From Candidatus Thorarchaeota archaeon (GTDB lineage: Archaea; Asgardarchaeota; Thorarchaeia; Thorarchaeales; Thorarchaeaceae): DNA of 64,000 bases. Position 1 is the first letter of the stretch. The number at the start of each line of letters is the position of its first letter. Below, in pieces: positions 1 to 9,149 of this stretch. The position numbers and the translations under genes are program-made. The stretch is from assembly GCA_019057475.1 (NCBI GenBank), contig DXJO01000018.1, forward strand, positions 1-64,000. The letters run 5' to 3'. The notes beneath the pieces are model-generated. The model saw nothing but the letters and a program-made list of their open reading frames with translations, did not search any database and was not told the DNA's origin.

Positions 1-244
1 GCGACTTGCCGAAGAAAGAACTGACGACTTGGAAGCAAGAATATCGAGCTTGGAGAATTTGATACGTGACGTGGCTAACGGCAAGGTGCCAGTCGATGAC
101 TGGTTGAAGGTTGAAGTCTACAAAGAACCACCGATGAAAGAACAAGAGCGAGTCCTGAGAGAACTGGAAGAACAGATTGAAGAGAAGGAGAAAGCCTTGA
201 GACCCAAAGGCAAGAAGAGGCGAAGGAAGAAGGAGGATAAGTAG
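1..244 (+). CDS. Hypothetical coiled-coil/basic protein, 5'-truncated by the window edge
   Basis: Frame is open from position 2; the stop abuts the ParB start (TAG ATG). Confidence 0.6.
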   Translation, partial: RLAEERTDDLEARISSLENLIRDVANGKVPVDDWLKVEVYKEPPMKEQERVLRELEEQIEEKEKALRPKGKKRRRKKEDK

Positions 245-1330
245 ATGACGAGAGTTGAGAACTGGTCTCTTGTTGACTTGACTGACACAGAACCAAATCG
301 AGATATGGGGGATTTGACGGCACTCAAGAACAGCATTGCGAAGGTGGGTCTGATATGCCCACTGGCAATAGATAATGATGGAAAACTATTAGCAGGACGG
401 AGACGATATCATGCACTTGTGGAGCTTGGATGGAAAGAGGCACCGTGCGTGGTCTTTCCTGCTGGGGATGAAGTGTTATCGCTCCGAGTTACGATAGATG
501 AGAACTTCAAGCAGAAACCTCTTTTGCACCCAGAGAGAGCCGCCTTTATCAAACAGTTCCACGATACGATGTGTAAACGTTATGGGCAACAACCAAGAGG
601 TAAACATCGCTCATCCTCAACAAACTTTGCCAATGATGGTTGGTCGCACGACATGACTGCAACGGAACTTGGTGTGTCACGGCGGTCAGTCGGTTATGCA
701 CTTAAAATCGCTGAATATGTCGAGAACAATCCCGAAGCGTTTGATTTCAAAGGTAGTGAAATTCTCAAGTCGATAGATAGAGAGAGAAGAGAGAGACAAG
801 ACGCTCAGGCTTGGAAGAGTCTTGTCAAGACTATTCTTGAGGAAGAGAAAGCAGACCAAGAGGAAAAGGATGCCATCAAGAAAGCTTCAGAACAGAGTTT
901 AGAGGATATTGAGAAGAGGCGCACTGAGCTTGAAGAGAGTTTAGAATGGACCAAGAGAGCACCTCTCATAGAAATCAGGAAACTCAACATTAAGGGGTTG
1001 AATGTTGCACTCTCCAATTTATTCACCCTCATAGAAGATGCACTGCAACGGACTCACATTCAGATTGCATCTTTTATGGTTCTCAGAATGGTCAGGCGGA
1101 ATCTTAAGAAACGCTCGCACTATCCCACGTCTGTGTCACTCAAGACACTCACCAAGACAGCATGCAAGATGATTCTCAAGGAGAACAAGAGTATTGTATT
1201 TGAAGAGGACAGCAATAGCGTCTACAGATTGGTCGAGGCTGCCCTGAAAGCACTGGCCGATGTCAGCATAGAGGATGAGACCGTGTTAATATCAGAGCGT
1301 ATATACAGAGTTGAGCGATTGAAGAAATGA
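245..1330 (+). CDS. ParB/Srx-domain protein with HTH and coiled-coil C-terminus
   Basis: LKNSIAKVGLICPL...LLAGRRRYHA...IDEN (ParB N-domain, GxRR motif), then HTH WSHDMTATELGVSRRSV. Confidence 0.85.
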   Translation: MTRVENWSLVDLTDTEPNRDMGDLTALKNSIAKVGLICPLAIDNDGKLLAGRRRYHALVELGWKEAPCVVFPAGDEVLSLRVTIDENFKQKPLLHPERAAFIKQFHDTMCKRYGQQPRGKHRSSSTNFANDGWSHDMTATELGVSRRSVGYALKIAEYVENNPEAFDFKGSEILKSIDRERRERQDAQAWKSLVKTILEEEKADQEEKDAIKKASEQSLEDIEKRRTELEESLEWTKRAPLIEIRKLNIKGLNVALSNLFTLIEDALQRTHIQIASFMVLRMVRRNLKKRSHYPTSVSLKTLTKTACKMILKENKSIVFEEDSNSVYRLVEAALKALADVSIEDETVLISERIYRVERLKK

Positions 1331-1440
1331 TCTGCATATACACGAATGATAATTCGGTAAAGTTTGCCAATGATGGACACAACTCTTATTCAGTAAGATC
1401 CATTAGACCTCAGTGAGTTGTGTCGCAAGACAAGACCTGA

Positions 1441-1625
1441 AAAACCGTTCAAATCTTGAACAGTTTTGGAAGCAGGAGAACGAATCGATTTAACCTTGGT
1501 AATTGTTACCGAGGTTCACCGCTCATCGCGCAAATCGCCCAATGATGGATGGCCGCAATCCAAAGAAAAACTCAGGCAATTTGCCTCAGTTATTGCCTGC
1601 ATATGCACCGGCCCCCGTGCATATG
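1441..1625. repeat. Cluster of inverted repeats downstream of parB
   Basis: AAAACcGTTCAA-atc-TTGAACaGTTTT (1441-1467); AACCTtGGTAA-ttg-TTACCgAGGTT (1492-1516); CAGGCAAT/ATTGCCTG (1573-1599); CATATGCAC/GTGCATATG (1600-1625). Confidence 0.8.
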
Positions 1626-1820
1626 AATTGGAGAGAGAAAAACACCAGCGCAAACTCTCATAAGGGTGGGGGACACAGTGTCATCATATCGAAGTAGACC
1701 TTCGACCTTTGTTTTGAGTTCTCTGAACTTGTTGTGTTTTTAGTAGGTCGCTCTCCTGAGTGGTCGAAGTCAGTGTTGTGGTAGAGGGCACTTTAGGTAT
1801 CAGGAGAAATTAGATGAACA

Positions 1821-2057
1821 GTGGAAAACAGAAGAAGCGATTTGAGAAAGAGAAAAATTAGACTTATTCTCTTTGCAACCAGTCTTGACATTATCAACAG
1901 GCAGATAGAGCTGTTGGTATCCAAGTGTTATCCGAGCGCAATGGTATCATTGCCGTATCCGTGTGACCGTGGTGAGTTTGAAAATGGATACCGAGTGTAC
2001 CTTGATGTTTTGATTGACGGTGACACAGACCGCGAAGAGGAGGACGCCGACCTTTGA
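1821..2057 (+). CDS. Small hypothetical protein
   Basis: GGAG upstream, acidic tail, co-oriented with the operon. Confidence 0.5.
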   Translation: MENRRSDLRKRKIRLILFATSLDIINRQIELLVSKCYPSAMVSLPYPCDRGEFENGYRVYLDVLIDGDTDREEEDADL

Positions 2058-2118
2058 CGTGTCCCATCTGTCAACGATTTCTGTGGGATAATACTAGATA
2101 TAGGTCTCAGAAGATATC

Positions 2119-5100
2119 GTGCCAGAACTGCGGCAGGGTTCCTTCCGACAAAGACAAGGAGGGAAAGGCAAAGTGAAACGGATGCGGATTCTTATAGATA
2201 TGGAAGATGATGCTTCCATTGGAGAGATCCTCAACCTTGGCGACGGACAAGCTAAGGAGATGTTTGCTAAAGGATGGGCAAGGTTCGCACGACCTGATGA
2301 GTTAGGTAAGACGAATCCAAAGAAGATAATGGAACTCTATGTCAACCGGAAGGAGAAATGCCTTGTCGAGACGGCAAGTGGTTGGAGATGGGAAGACAGA
2401 CCTATCACAGAGGAACTTATCGAAGAACACCTACGTGGTGATATCACCATTGGAGTGCCCGAACTCACAAAAGATGGACTCACCCGTTTCATTACGGTTG
2501 ACATTGACGGAGTGAATCATAACAAGAGAAGTGCAGAAACCGCTCTGGACAGACTACACGACATTGTGCAGTCGGCAAAGAAGTCTGATGCATTCAAAAA
2601 CGCCATCAGATTCATCTACACCGGCAACACCTATCATATGACATTCTACGTGGACAATCCAGTGCCACCCAGACTACTGAAGGAAGTATTCATCTACCCA
2701 CTCTTGCGATTGGCAGGTTTTGGGATTGATGGATACCATTGGGTATATGCCAAGGGTCAGAACAAAGGTAAGATACTAGGCGAAATTCTTCCACGGAAGA
2801 ACACCATTGACGCAGATGAGACGGGGTTCGCTGTGCGACTGCCCCTTGGTTGTTATGTGAGAGAAGGGAACCAACAGGGTAACTGGTCTCGGATATTATT
2901 TGACCAGACATTAGACGATGTGATACCCCTACGAATCGGCACGGAGTTGCTTAAGGCATTCAATGTTGCAGACATTGAAAGAGAGAAGCGAGAACACACA
3001 GCGAAACCGGATTGGATACAACCCAGCTCGAAAGTCCCACTTCCTGCCTGTGTCGAGACCCTGATACACCGCAAGAGTGTCCACGATGGAACTCACCAAA
3101 ACAACCTGGACTTAGTTCACGCGCTGATTGTGTGCGGTTACACAGAAGACGAGATATACAGTGTCTTCTCAGGAATGGCCGGATACGATTACGCGGTGAC
3201 AAAGTTTCAGCGGGCATACACTGTCAAACGAATCCGAAAGGGCGTCTTGCCTGCTAACTGTTACCAGTGCAAGACCTACTGTAACGACCTACACGGCCTT
3301 GAATGTGTTGACTCTGACTGCCCACATGCGCCAGTGCGATTTGAAAAAAGTATATCCCCCACGGGTAGGGACACGACTCACCCCCCTGAGAATATACGAG
3401 AAAATATCCCAGAAATAAGCTCTACGGCAAAAAATAGGTCAGCTAGTCCAGCGCACGATGGTCAGTATATAGTTTTAGGGGGCGAAGGTGTATCCCCACC
3501 CACAGGGGATATATATTTTGACGAGATGAATCTGGATGAAGTCTCTACGATTCTGGAAAAGACCATTGTTGAAGATGAGGTCAACAAACGGATTATCTTC
3601 TGTGCAGGCATTCTGAACTTCACCGAAGACGATCAGATGAATATAGGTCTGAGTTCAGGGAGTTCAACAGGAAAGACCTACATCTGTCTGGAGATTGCTA
3701 AACTCTTCCCACAAGAGAATGTGCATGATTTGAGTTATGCAAGTCCGAAGGCGTTCTATCATGCTATGGGGCAGTTGGTCATAGATGATGGAAAGACGAC
3801 TCCATTGCTTTCATTGAATGAGTATGTCCGTAAGGCCATTGATAGATGGGAGAAACTGAATCCCAAACCTGAGAAGGGGATTAACCCGTGGAAGGCGGAA
3901 CGGTCAAGGGAGCGTTCAATTCTGACAACGGAGTGGAACAGAATCCCGAAGGTCTGGTGTATTGACCTGCACCAGAAAATGATTATCTTCCTGGACCAAC
4001 CTGATGATGCACTGTTGCAGCGGTTGCGTCCGTTACTCAGTCACGATAAGAAACAACTACGTTACGAGATAACTGACAAGAGTTCAGGTGGGCAACTCAG
4101 GACTAAGAACGTCATTATAATTGGGTATCCTTCAGTCTGGTTTCTCACTACGCGATTCTCACCAGACGAACAGGAGAGAACCCGATTGTTGTTATTGAGT
4201 CCAGAGATTACCCAACCGAAGCTTGTAAAAAGTATTGATATGTTGGGCTTGCGACTCAGTGACCGAGGAAGGTTTGACCAAGAGATTGAGAAAGACCCTG
4301 CCCGTATACAACTCAAGAAGAGAATTGAGGCGATAAAGAAAGCAGACATCAAACAGATTCTCATTGACGAAAAACAGATGGCGAGTCTTATAGACACTTT
4401 CAAGGCGAAGCATGGAGACGGAGAGAAGTCCGTTCTTGCACCACGACATCAGCGTGACTTCCCGCGTCTTATTGCAATCATCAAGGCCAATGCTTTGTTG
4501 AACCTGTTTAACCGTAAGCGCAACAGCGATGATATCTGGGTCAATCAGTCTGATATTGATGCAGGACAAGAACTCTATGACAAGATAGCGGTCTCTAACG
4601 AGTTGGGTCTTCCCCCGATAATGTATGAGGTGTATACGGAGATTATTGAACCGTATTTTTACAGGAATGAAGGAATCCGTAAAGAAGAACTAACACGGCA
4701 ATACTACCAACGGTATAAGGAGCGCCTTGGTGGTAAGCGGCTAGATGAGATGTTGGACTTCCTGTATGATGTGGGTCTGACTCAGAAGATACCCGACACA
4801 TTGGACAGACGACGATGGATGTTATGGCCGCAGGACAAAGAACTACCACTGCCAGCGTCAGAGGGTGCGGAGGCAATTGCTGCAAAAGACACCGCTAAGA
4901 AGAAGAAGCTACACGACCCAGATACACCACCGCTCCCTGAACCAGAAGATGACCCTGAACCAGAGATAGACTTCACTCTCAAAAAACTGAAGACCCTCTT
5001 CCTTGAAGCTGGAGGATTGGATAGGGGTGTCAAACACACCGCGCAAAATGCAGACCTGTTAGCCAAGGGGTTTGATGCAGGTTATTGTTGGGAGAATCAA

Positions 5101-5412
5101 CAGGTTGGTATGTGGTGGTTGAAACCAAAGGCACTCAATGAGATAACAGAGGCCAAGAAGAAGACCGATTCACAGAAGAGAGAGGAAAAGAAACCAAAGA
5201 CTAAAACCTCTGATATAATACCTGACCTAATTCTTGCATTGCTTGGGAGACGAAGTTGGACTGAAAAGGAACTCAAGGAGCGGTTTCGTGAGGGTGGCAG
5301 TGACTTAGAAGGCTGGGAAGAGGCGTTTGCAAAGGCGATAAGTGACCCTAGAGTGAAACATAAGGATGGGTACTATGGATTCAGACTGAAGAAGAAAGGA
5401 GGTGCCGCCTAA
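2119..5412 (+). CDS. Replication protein: AEP/TOTE-like primase, Cys-rich domain, P-loop NTPase/helicase and winged-helix-like C-terminus (true start probably ~2182)
   Basis: EHLRGDITIGV...FITVDID (DxD), YHM, Cys cluster CYQCKTYC...C...CP, Walker A SGSSTGKT, IIFLDQ Walker B-like. Confidence 0.75.
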   Translation: MPELRQGSFRQRQGGKGKVKRMRILIDMEDDASIGEILNLGDGQAKEMFAKGWARFARPDELGKTNPKKIMELYVNRKEKCLVETASGWRWEDRPITEELIEEHLRGDITIGVPELTKDGLTRFITVDIDGVNHNKRSAETALDRLHDIVQSAKKSDAFKNAIRFIYTGNTYHMTFYVDNPVPPRLLKEVFIYPLLRLAGFGIDGYHWVYAKGQNKGKILGEILPRKNTIDADETGFAVRLPLGCYVREGNQQGNWSRILFDQTLDDVIPLRIGTELLKAFNVADIEREKREHTAKPDWIQPSSKVPLPACVETLIHRKSVHDGTHQNNLDLVHALIVCGYTEDEIYSVFSGMAGYDYAVTKFQRAYTVKRIRKGVLPANCYQCKTYCNDLHGLECVDSDCPHAPVRFEKSISPTGRDTTHPPENIRENIPEISSTAKNRSASPAHDGQYIVLGGEGVSPPTGDIYFDEMNLDEVSTILEKTIVEDEVNKRIIFCAGILNFTEDDQMNIGLSSGSSTGKTYICLEIAKLFPQENVHDLSYASPKAFYHAMGQLVIDDGKTTPLLSLNEYVRKAIDRWEKLNPKPEKGINPWKAERSRERSILTTEWNRIPKVWCIDLHQKMIIFLDQPDDALLQRLRPLLSHDKKQLRYEITDKSSGGQLRTKNVIIIGYPSVWFLTTRFSPDEQERTRLLLLSPEITQPKLVKSIDMLGLRLSDRGRFDQEIEKDPARIQLKKRIEAIKKADIKQILIDEKQMASLIDTFKAKHGDGEKSVLAPRHQRDFPRLIAIIKANALLNLFNRKRNSDDIWVNQSDIDAGQELYDKIAVSNELGLPPIMYEVYTEIIEPYFYRNEGIRKEELTRQYYQRYKERLGGKRLDEMLDFLYDVGLTQKIPDTLDRRRWMLWPQDKELPLPASEGAEAIAAKDTAKKKKLHDPDTPPLPEPEDDPEPEIDFTLKKLKTLFLEAGGLDRGVKHTAQNADLLAKGFDAGYCWENQQVGMWWLKPKALNEITEAKKKTDSQKREEKKPKTKTSDIIPDLILALLGRRSWTEKELKERFREGGSDLEGWEEAFAKAISDPRVKHKDGYYGFRLKKKGGAA

Positions 5413-5885
5413 TGCCGGTCAACGTCCAAGGCACCTCATACGGTTGCGTTGTCCACAGAAGAGTTTCGCGTGCACCTGACGGATATGTGAACTCAGGAAC
5501 TCAGTTACGATACACAGGACTATGGTATCGGACTCTGTGTAACCAGTGGTTGCCAAGCTGGTGCTATCCAGTGGTTGAGAACAAAGAGGTCACTTGTTGC
5601 AATTGCTCTAAGAAACTCAGACGTATTGCAGAGGCCAAGGCCGCAGTCGAGGCACACGTCGAAGGGATACCTATGAACCTCCTGAACAAAGTCTTTGATA
5701 CTGTGCATCGCGTTGTGCGACATTGGATATTCGCGAGTGACTTCACCTTTGAGACTACGTGCGGGAGATTTCTGAAACTCGGTGATGCGTGGAAGACACC
5801 TATCGTGACGGACAGATCCGTGACGTGTTATCATTGCCTGCGAGTTCTGGAAGCACGAAAACGAAAAGGAGTGAGTTCAAAGTGA
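5412..5885 (+). CDS. Protein with two H-C-CxxC Zn-finger-like repeats
   Basis: VHRR...TLCNQWL...VTCCNC and VHRV...TTCGRFL...VTCYHC; start overlaps the Rep stop. Confidence 0.7.
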   Translation: MPVNVQGTSYGCVVHRRVSRAPDGYVNSGTQLRYTGLWYRTLCNQWLPSWCYPVVENKEVTCCNCSKKLRRIAEAKAAVEAHVEGIPMNLLNKVFDTVHRVVRHWIFASDFTFETTCGRFLKLGDAWKTPIVTDRSVTCYHCLRVLEARKRKGVSSK

Positions 5886-6157
5886 TATCATTCTGTTTGC
5901 AGTTGACGGAAAAAGGTCATGCCTACTTACATTCTGTCAAACGGGAGTTTGGTCTTTCGATGGGCAGTCAGCTGAGACTGCTTCTCCGAAATGAAATGCT
6001 GGGAATCAATTCAGGTGGTTCGTCATTGTCGGGACCAATGGATACACGGAATAATAGAAGACCTGTGCGTGGTGGTCCGAGTTCTGCAGGACAGGCGGCA
6101 GTAGTCGCTGAGCTAAGTCGCGTCTTTGAGAAACGCCGCAGGAGGAAACTGAAATGA
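5882..6157 (+). CDS. Small ribbon-helix-helix-like protein with a basic helical tail
   Basis: GTG at 5882 overlaps the upstream stop; SFCLQLTEKGHAYLHSVKREFGLSMGSQLRLLL fits a beta-alpha-alpha pattern; paralogue of 10605-10922. Confidence 0.6.
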   Translation: MISFCLQLTEKGHAYLHSVKREFGLSMGSQLRLLLRNEMLGINSGGSSLSGPMDTRNNRRPVRGGPSSAGQAAVVAELSRVFEKRRRRKLK

Positions 6158-6426
6158 AAGCACTGATTGAAGAGCGGGATAGGCTGAGAGCGGAGTGGTT
6201 CGTGCACAGATTCACACCATCGGTTTTTGAAGATAGACCAAATGTAGTGTCAACGAGAAAGAAATCAAAAACGCACAGGGTCTTTGCATCTATGCTCTGG
6301 GTTGAGAGCAATAGAATATGGTTGACGGCGTGCGGCGTCTGGGTTCAGAAGAAGAACGGCTACGTGATCACTGAGGAACAGGTGTCGTGTCGAAAGTGCC
6401 TGAAGCGACTGGGGGTGAAAGTATGA
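6154..6426 (+). CDS. Single H-C-CxxC Zn-finger-like protein
   Basis: THRV...TACGVWV...VSCRKC; ATGA overlap with the previous gene. Confidence 0.7.
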   Translation: MKALIEERDRLRAEWFVHRFTPSVFEDRPNVVSTRKKSKTHRVFASMLWVESNRIWLTACGVWVQKKNGYVITEEQVSCRKCLKRLGVKV

Positions 6427-6461
6427 GTAAAAAGAGAGAGAGAAGATATGGAGGGTTCTAA

Positions 6462-7088
6462 ATGAGTTTACGACCTAGAAAAATCTCTAGCGAAAAAGTT
6501 CGAGGTGTCTTCAGTGCAGCCGCCGCTCGACTGAAGAAGAGAAAATGTCAAGCCGCAGAATTGAAGAAGAAAGTCCTTGAGGGTCAACTTGCGCAAGCCC
6601 TTTCCAAGGCTCAGAAAACCGCAGGTGGGATTTCGAGTAGTGGTGTCTCACTTCTGAAAACTCTGAGAGAGAGAGGACACGATGGAGGGAAGGGAGAAAC
6701 ACCAGAAGCACCATCTGGCGGCGACACCCCCACTCCAAAGAAACCACTCGGTAAGAAACCTGTTTCGCGGCATCCTGTGATTCACATGACGAAGAAAGAA
6801 GACATCGAGCCAAGGGGGAAGCGATTAACAGCGGCAGACAAACGTGCAAGAAATGCATTTCTCTTACACTTCCAAAGCGCAGAACGCAGGGAGTGGGGTC
6901 TCACCTATGAAGTTCTGCGGTTTCGCAGGGCACTCATAAAAATGTGGTTTGAGTTTCAACAGAAGTTGCAGTCAAAAGGAGAACTATCTCCAGCAGACAC
7001 TCTGTTATACGAAGTGGTGATGGAGCTGATGATATTTCATTATGGATCATATACTAAGATACCAACTAAGGAGGAGTTAACAAAATGA
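6462..7088 (+). CDS. Hypothetical basic protein
   Basis: 208 aa, GGAGG RBS, in operon. Confidence 0.65.
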   Translation: MSLRPRKISSEKVRGVFSAAAARLKKRKCQAAELKKKVLEGQLAQALSKAQKTAGGISSSGVSLLKTLRERGHDGGKGETPEAPSGGDTPTPKKPLGKKPVSRHPVIHMTKKEDIEPRGKRLTAADKRARNAFLLHFQSAERREWGLTYEVLRFRRALIKMWFEFQQKLQSKGELSPADTLLYEVVMELMIFHYGSYTKIPTKEELTK

Positions 7089-7270
7089 GTTTGACACCAG
7101 AGAGAAAGAAACACGTTGGCTTAAAAGACACAAGACAAGATACCAAACTGAGCAAGAAGAAAACGTTAGTGTCAACCGTTGCACGAAAGATAGCAATGGG
7201 GATACCCCTAAATGATCGCGAGAGGACAATGCTACAGGTCATGGCTACACTCAATGAGGAGGGCGAGTAG
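7085..7270 (+). CDS. Small hypothetical protein
   Basis: GGAGGAG RBS and ATGA overlap with the previous gene. Confidence 0.55.
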   Translation: MSLTPERKKHVGLKDTRQDTKLSKKKTLVSTVARKIAMGIPLNDRERTMLQVMATLNEEGE

Positions 7271-7367
7271 GATGGGCGCAGAGTCAATTCTAATATGGCA
7301 CTTACCCACGCCCCTTAACCATTCTTACACCCTTTATCACGCGATGATGATGCCCTTTAAGGGTCAT

Positions 7368-7408
7368 GCCCATACATTTGCCCAAACTAGCGCCCATTGT
7401 CACGCCCA
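7368..7408. repeat. GCCCA pentamer array with exact 12-bp period
   Basis: GCCCA starts at 7368, 7380, 7392 and 7404; inverted TGGGC at 7273 and 7446. Confidence 0.75.
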
Positions 7409-7654
7409 CACACATATGCACATACACACAAAATGGTTAGACGATTGGGCACGGCCTTTTCCTATGAGTTTGGGAGGCTCTCAGGACAACAGAACTAACA
7501 ATGTTAGTCTAAGGGGTAGCACAATACTAGAGGCATTGTCGAAGGCTTCTAGGATACCTTATGAATTTTACATCTCTATCGGTTCTTCTGGTGTAAAACT
7601 CTTACAGTCATTTTATGACAACGCTGTAAACATAGAGGAGGTGAAATAGTAAAC

Positions 7655-8437
7655 ATGGATGACTACAAAAAGCAACATGACCCAGATTGGCCCTACACAC
7701 GGCAGTTTGAGCGGAAGCAAATATTCCAGTTTCGTGGTATGAATCTGAAGGCTTTCAGAATGTGTCAGCGAGTTATCGAGGGTGGCCTTGATGCTTTGTT
7801 GATGCACGCAGAGAAGCATCTCGACTCGACCCCCGAGCGTCGCGGAATGAAATTTTTTGAGGCGTATTACAACGAGAGTCGGGACCAAACTGGTGCAGTG
7901 GAAGTATGCAATGATAGGCTCAGCCTAAATCTCAGTCGAAGAACTTGGCTGAGAAATCTGAAGCGGTTCAAAGAAAATATCATTGGCCTCGCGGCTGAAG
8001 ACCTTCTCTATGACGAACTCAAGTATGATGGCTACTGGAAAATCACAGGACGAGAAGTGCCAGACTTAGCTCTGGAATGTGGCGTGGACACACGAAAAAA
8101 GGATGTGTTTCAATATCCTCGAATTGTTGAGGTCAAGTGCCGCGACTTCGACGAAAAACACAGTGTCCAGTGGTGGCTCGAACATAAGATGCGTTACGCA
8201 CCTCCGTTTCTCTCGCGAGGAATTGAGCTTGTTTTAATCTTGGTGTTCTACACTCAGGGGTCTCTCATCAGGGAAGAATGGCTCATCTTGAACCCGTCAG
8301 CTCAACCAACGACAAGCGAAGGCTGGGCCTCAGCAGGTGAGTTGATAGAGCGGCTTCCCAAGTTCATCGAGAGAGAGGAAGGCAAGTGGGCGGTAGATGG
8401 ATTGTTCGGACTGGAAGCAAAAAAACACGAGTATTAG
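7655..8437 (+). CDS. Putative PD-(D/E)XK-fold nuclease
   Basis: GLAAED helix...VPDL...IVEVKC; strong RBS GGAGGTGA. Confidence 0.55.
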   Translation: MDDYKKQHDPDWPYTRQFERKQIFQFRGMNLKAFRMCQRVIEGGLDALLMHAEKHLDSTPERRGMKFFEAYYNESRDQTGAVEVCNDRLSLNLSRRTWLRNLKRFKENIIGLAAEDLLYDELKYDGYWKITGREVPDLALECGVDTRKKDVFQYPRIVEVKCRDFDEKHSVQWWLEHKMRYAPPFLSRGIELVLILVFYTQGSLIREEWLILNPSAQPTTSEGWASAGELIERLPKFIEREEGKWAVDGLFGLEAKKHEY

Positions 8438-8440
8438 TCA

Positions 8441-8472
8441 GGCCGGTTAGACTGGCCGCCTTCTTTTTTTTC
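8441..8472 (+). terminator. Hairpin plus T-tract terminator
   Basis: GGCCGGT-tag-ACTGGCC followed by TTCTTTTTTTT immediately after the stop at 8437. Confidence 0.65.
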
Positions 8473-8481
8473 ATTTCTCCC

Positions 8482-9138
8482 TCTGTAACTCTTTCTGTAA
8501 CTGTAACCTTTTCTGTGAACTCGTGTGAACTTGTTAGACCTCTCTGTGAAGAAGAGGAGTCAGAACCGCCTAACATGAGTGAATTGCCTAACATGAGTGA
8601 GTCTCTGTGAGTGTTGTTAATATTGTTAGTTGTGCACGTCAATTCTGTTAGTATTGTTAGTCTTAAGTATCCTTAGAAGTAATGCACCCTCATCTTAACT
8701 GCCGTCATCGTGAAATCCTCATGCCCTCAAACAAGGGTGCATTACTTCTCTGCACACATCAAGTAACAGAATATTCCTGTTACTCGGTTTCTCTAACACC
8801 CCCATTTCTCCGGCACTACAAAGCAAGACAGGGCATTTCATGTGAGTAACAGGATACTCAGGATACCTACTTTTCCTAGACCCTTCATTTCTCTAGGGGT
8901 GTTGGCTCCCATGTTATCTTTCGACCTCCCGTGATTTTCATGCCAGACAGTTGAGTGCCAACACCCACTCAAACCTAGAATTTCACATGGGGTGTTGAGA
9001 ACACTCCTTTTAGGGGTGTTCTGACACTTTTCTGAGAGGGACTCATACACTAGGGGTATCCACAGAGCCTTATCTATGCGATATGTGCCTAGACTTGTCT
9101 TTGATACCTGTGCATCTGTTAGTCTAGGATTTCACATG
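8482..9138. repeat. Non-coding tract dense in direct and inverted repeats (candidate origin/regulatory region)
   Basis: GCCTAACATGAGTGA x2 (8568, 8586); TGTTARTATTGTTAGT x2 (8615, 8646); perfect 16-bp IR 8675-8690/8734-8749; GGGGTGTT x3; CTAGRATTTCACATG x2 (8975, 9124). Confidence 0.85.
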
Positions 9139-9149
9139 TCTATGAGTCC

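Noticed and set aside
1466-1697. ORFs 1466-1663 and 1503-1697
   Set aside because: Short, mutually overlapping and within the hairpin cluster; only the HRSS..NDGW echo is retained, as a DNA repeat.
7212-7649. 145-aa His-rich ORF
   Set aside because: It overlaps the previous gene and its composition is explained by the GCCCA/CACA DNA repeats; probably non-coding.
8364-9050. Short ORFs 8364-8642, 8386-8610 and 8838-9050
   Set aside because: Low-complexity translations of the repeat tract; the first two cross a terminator.
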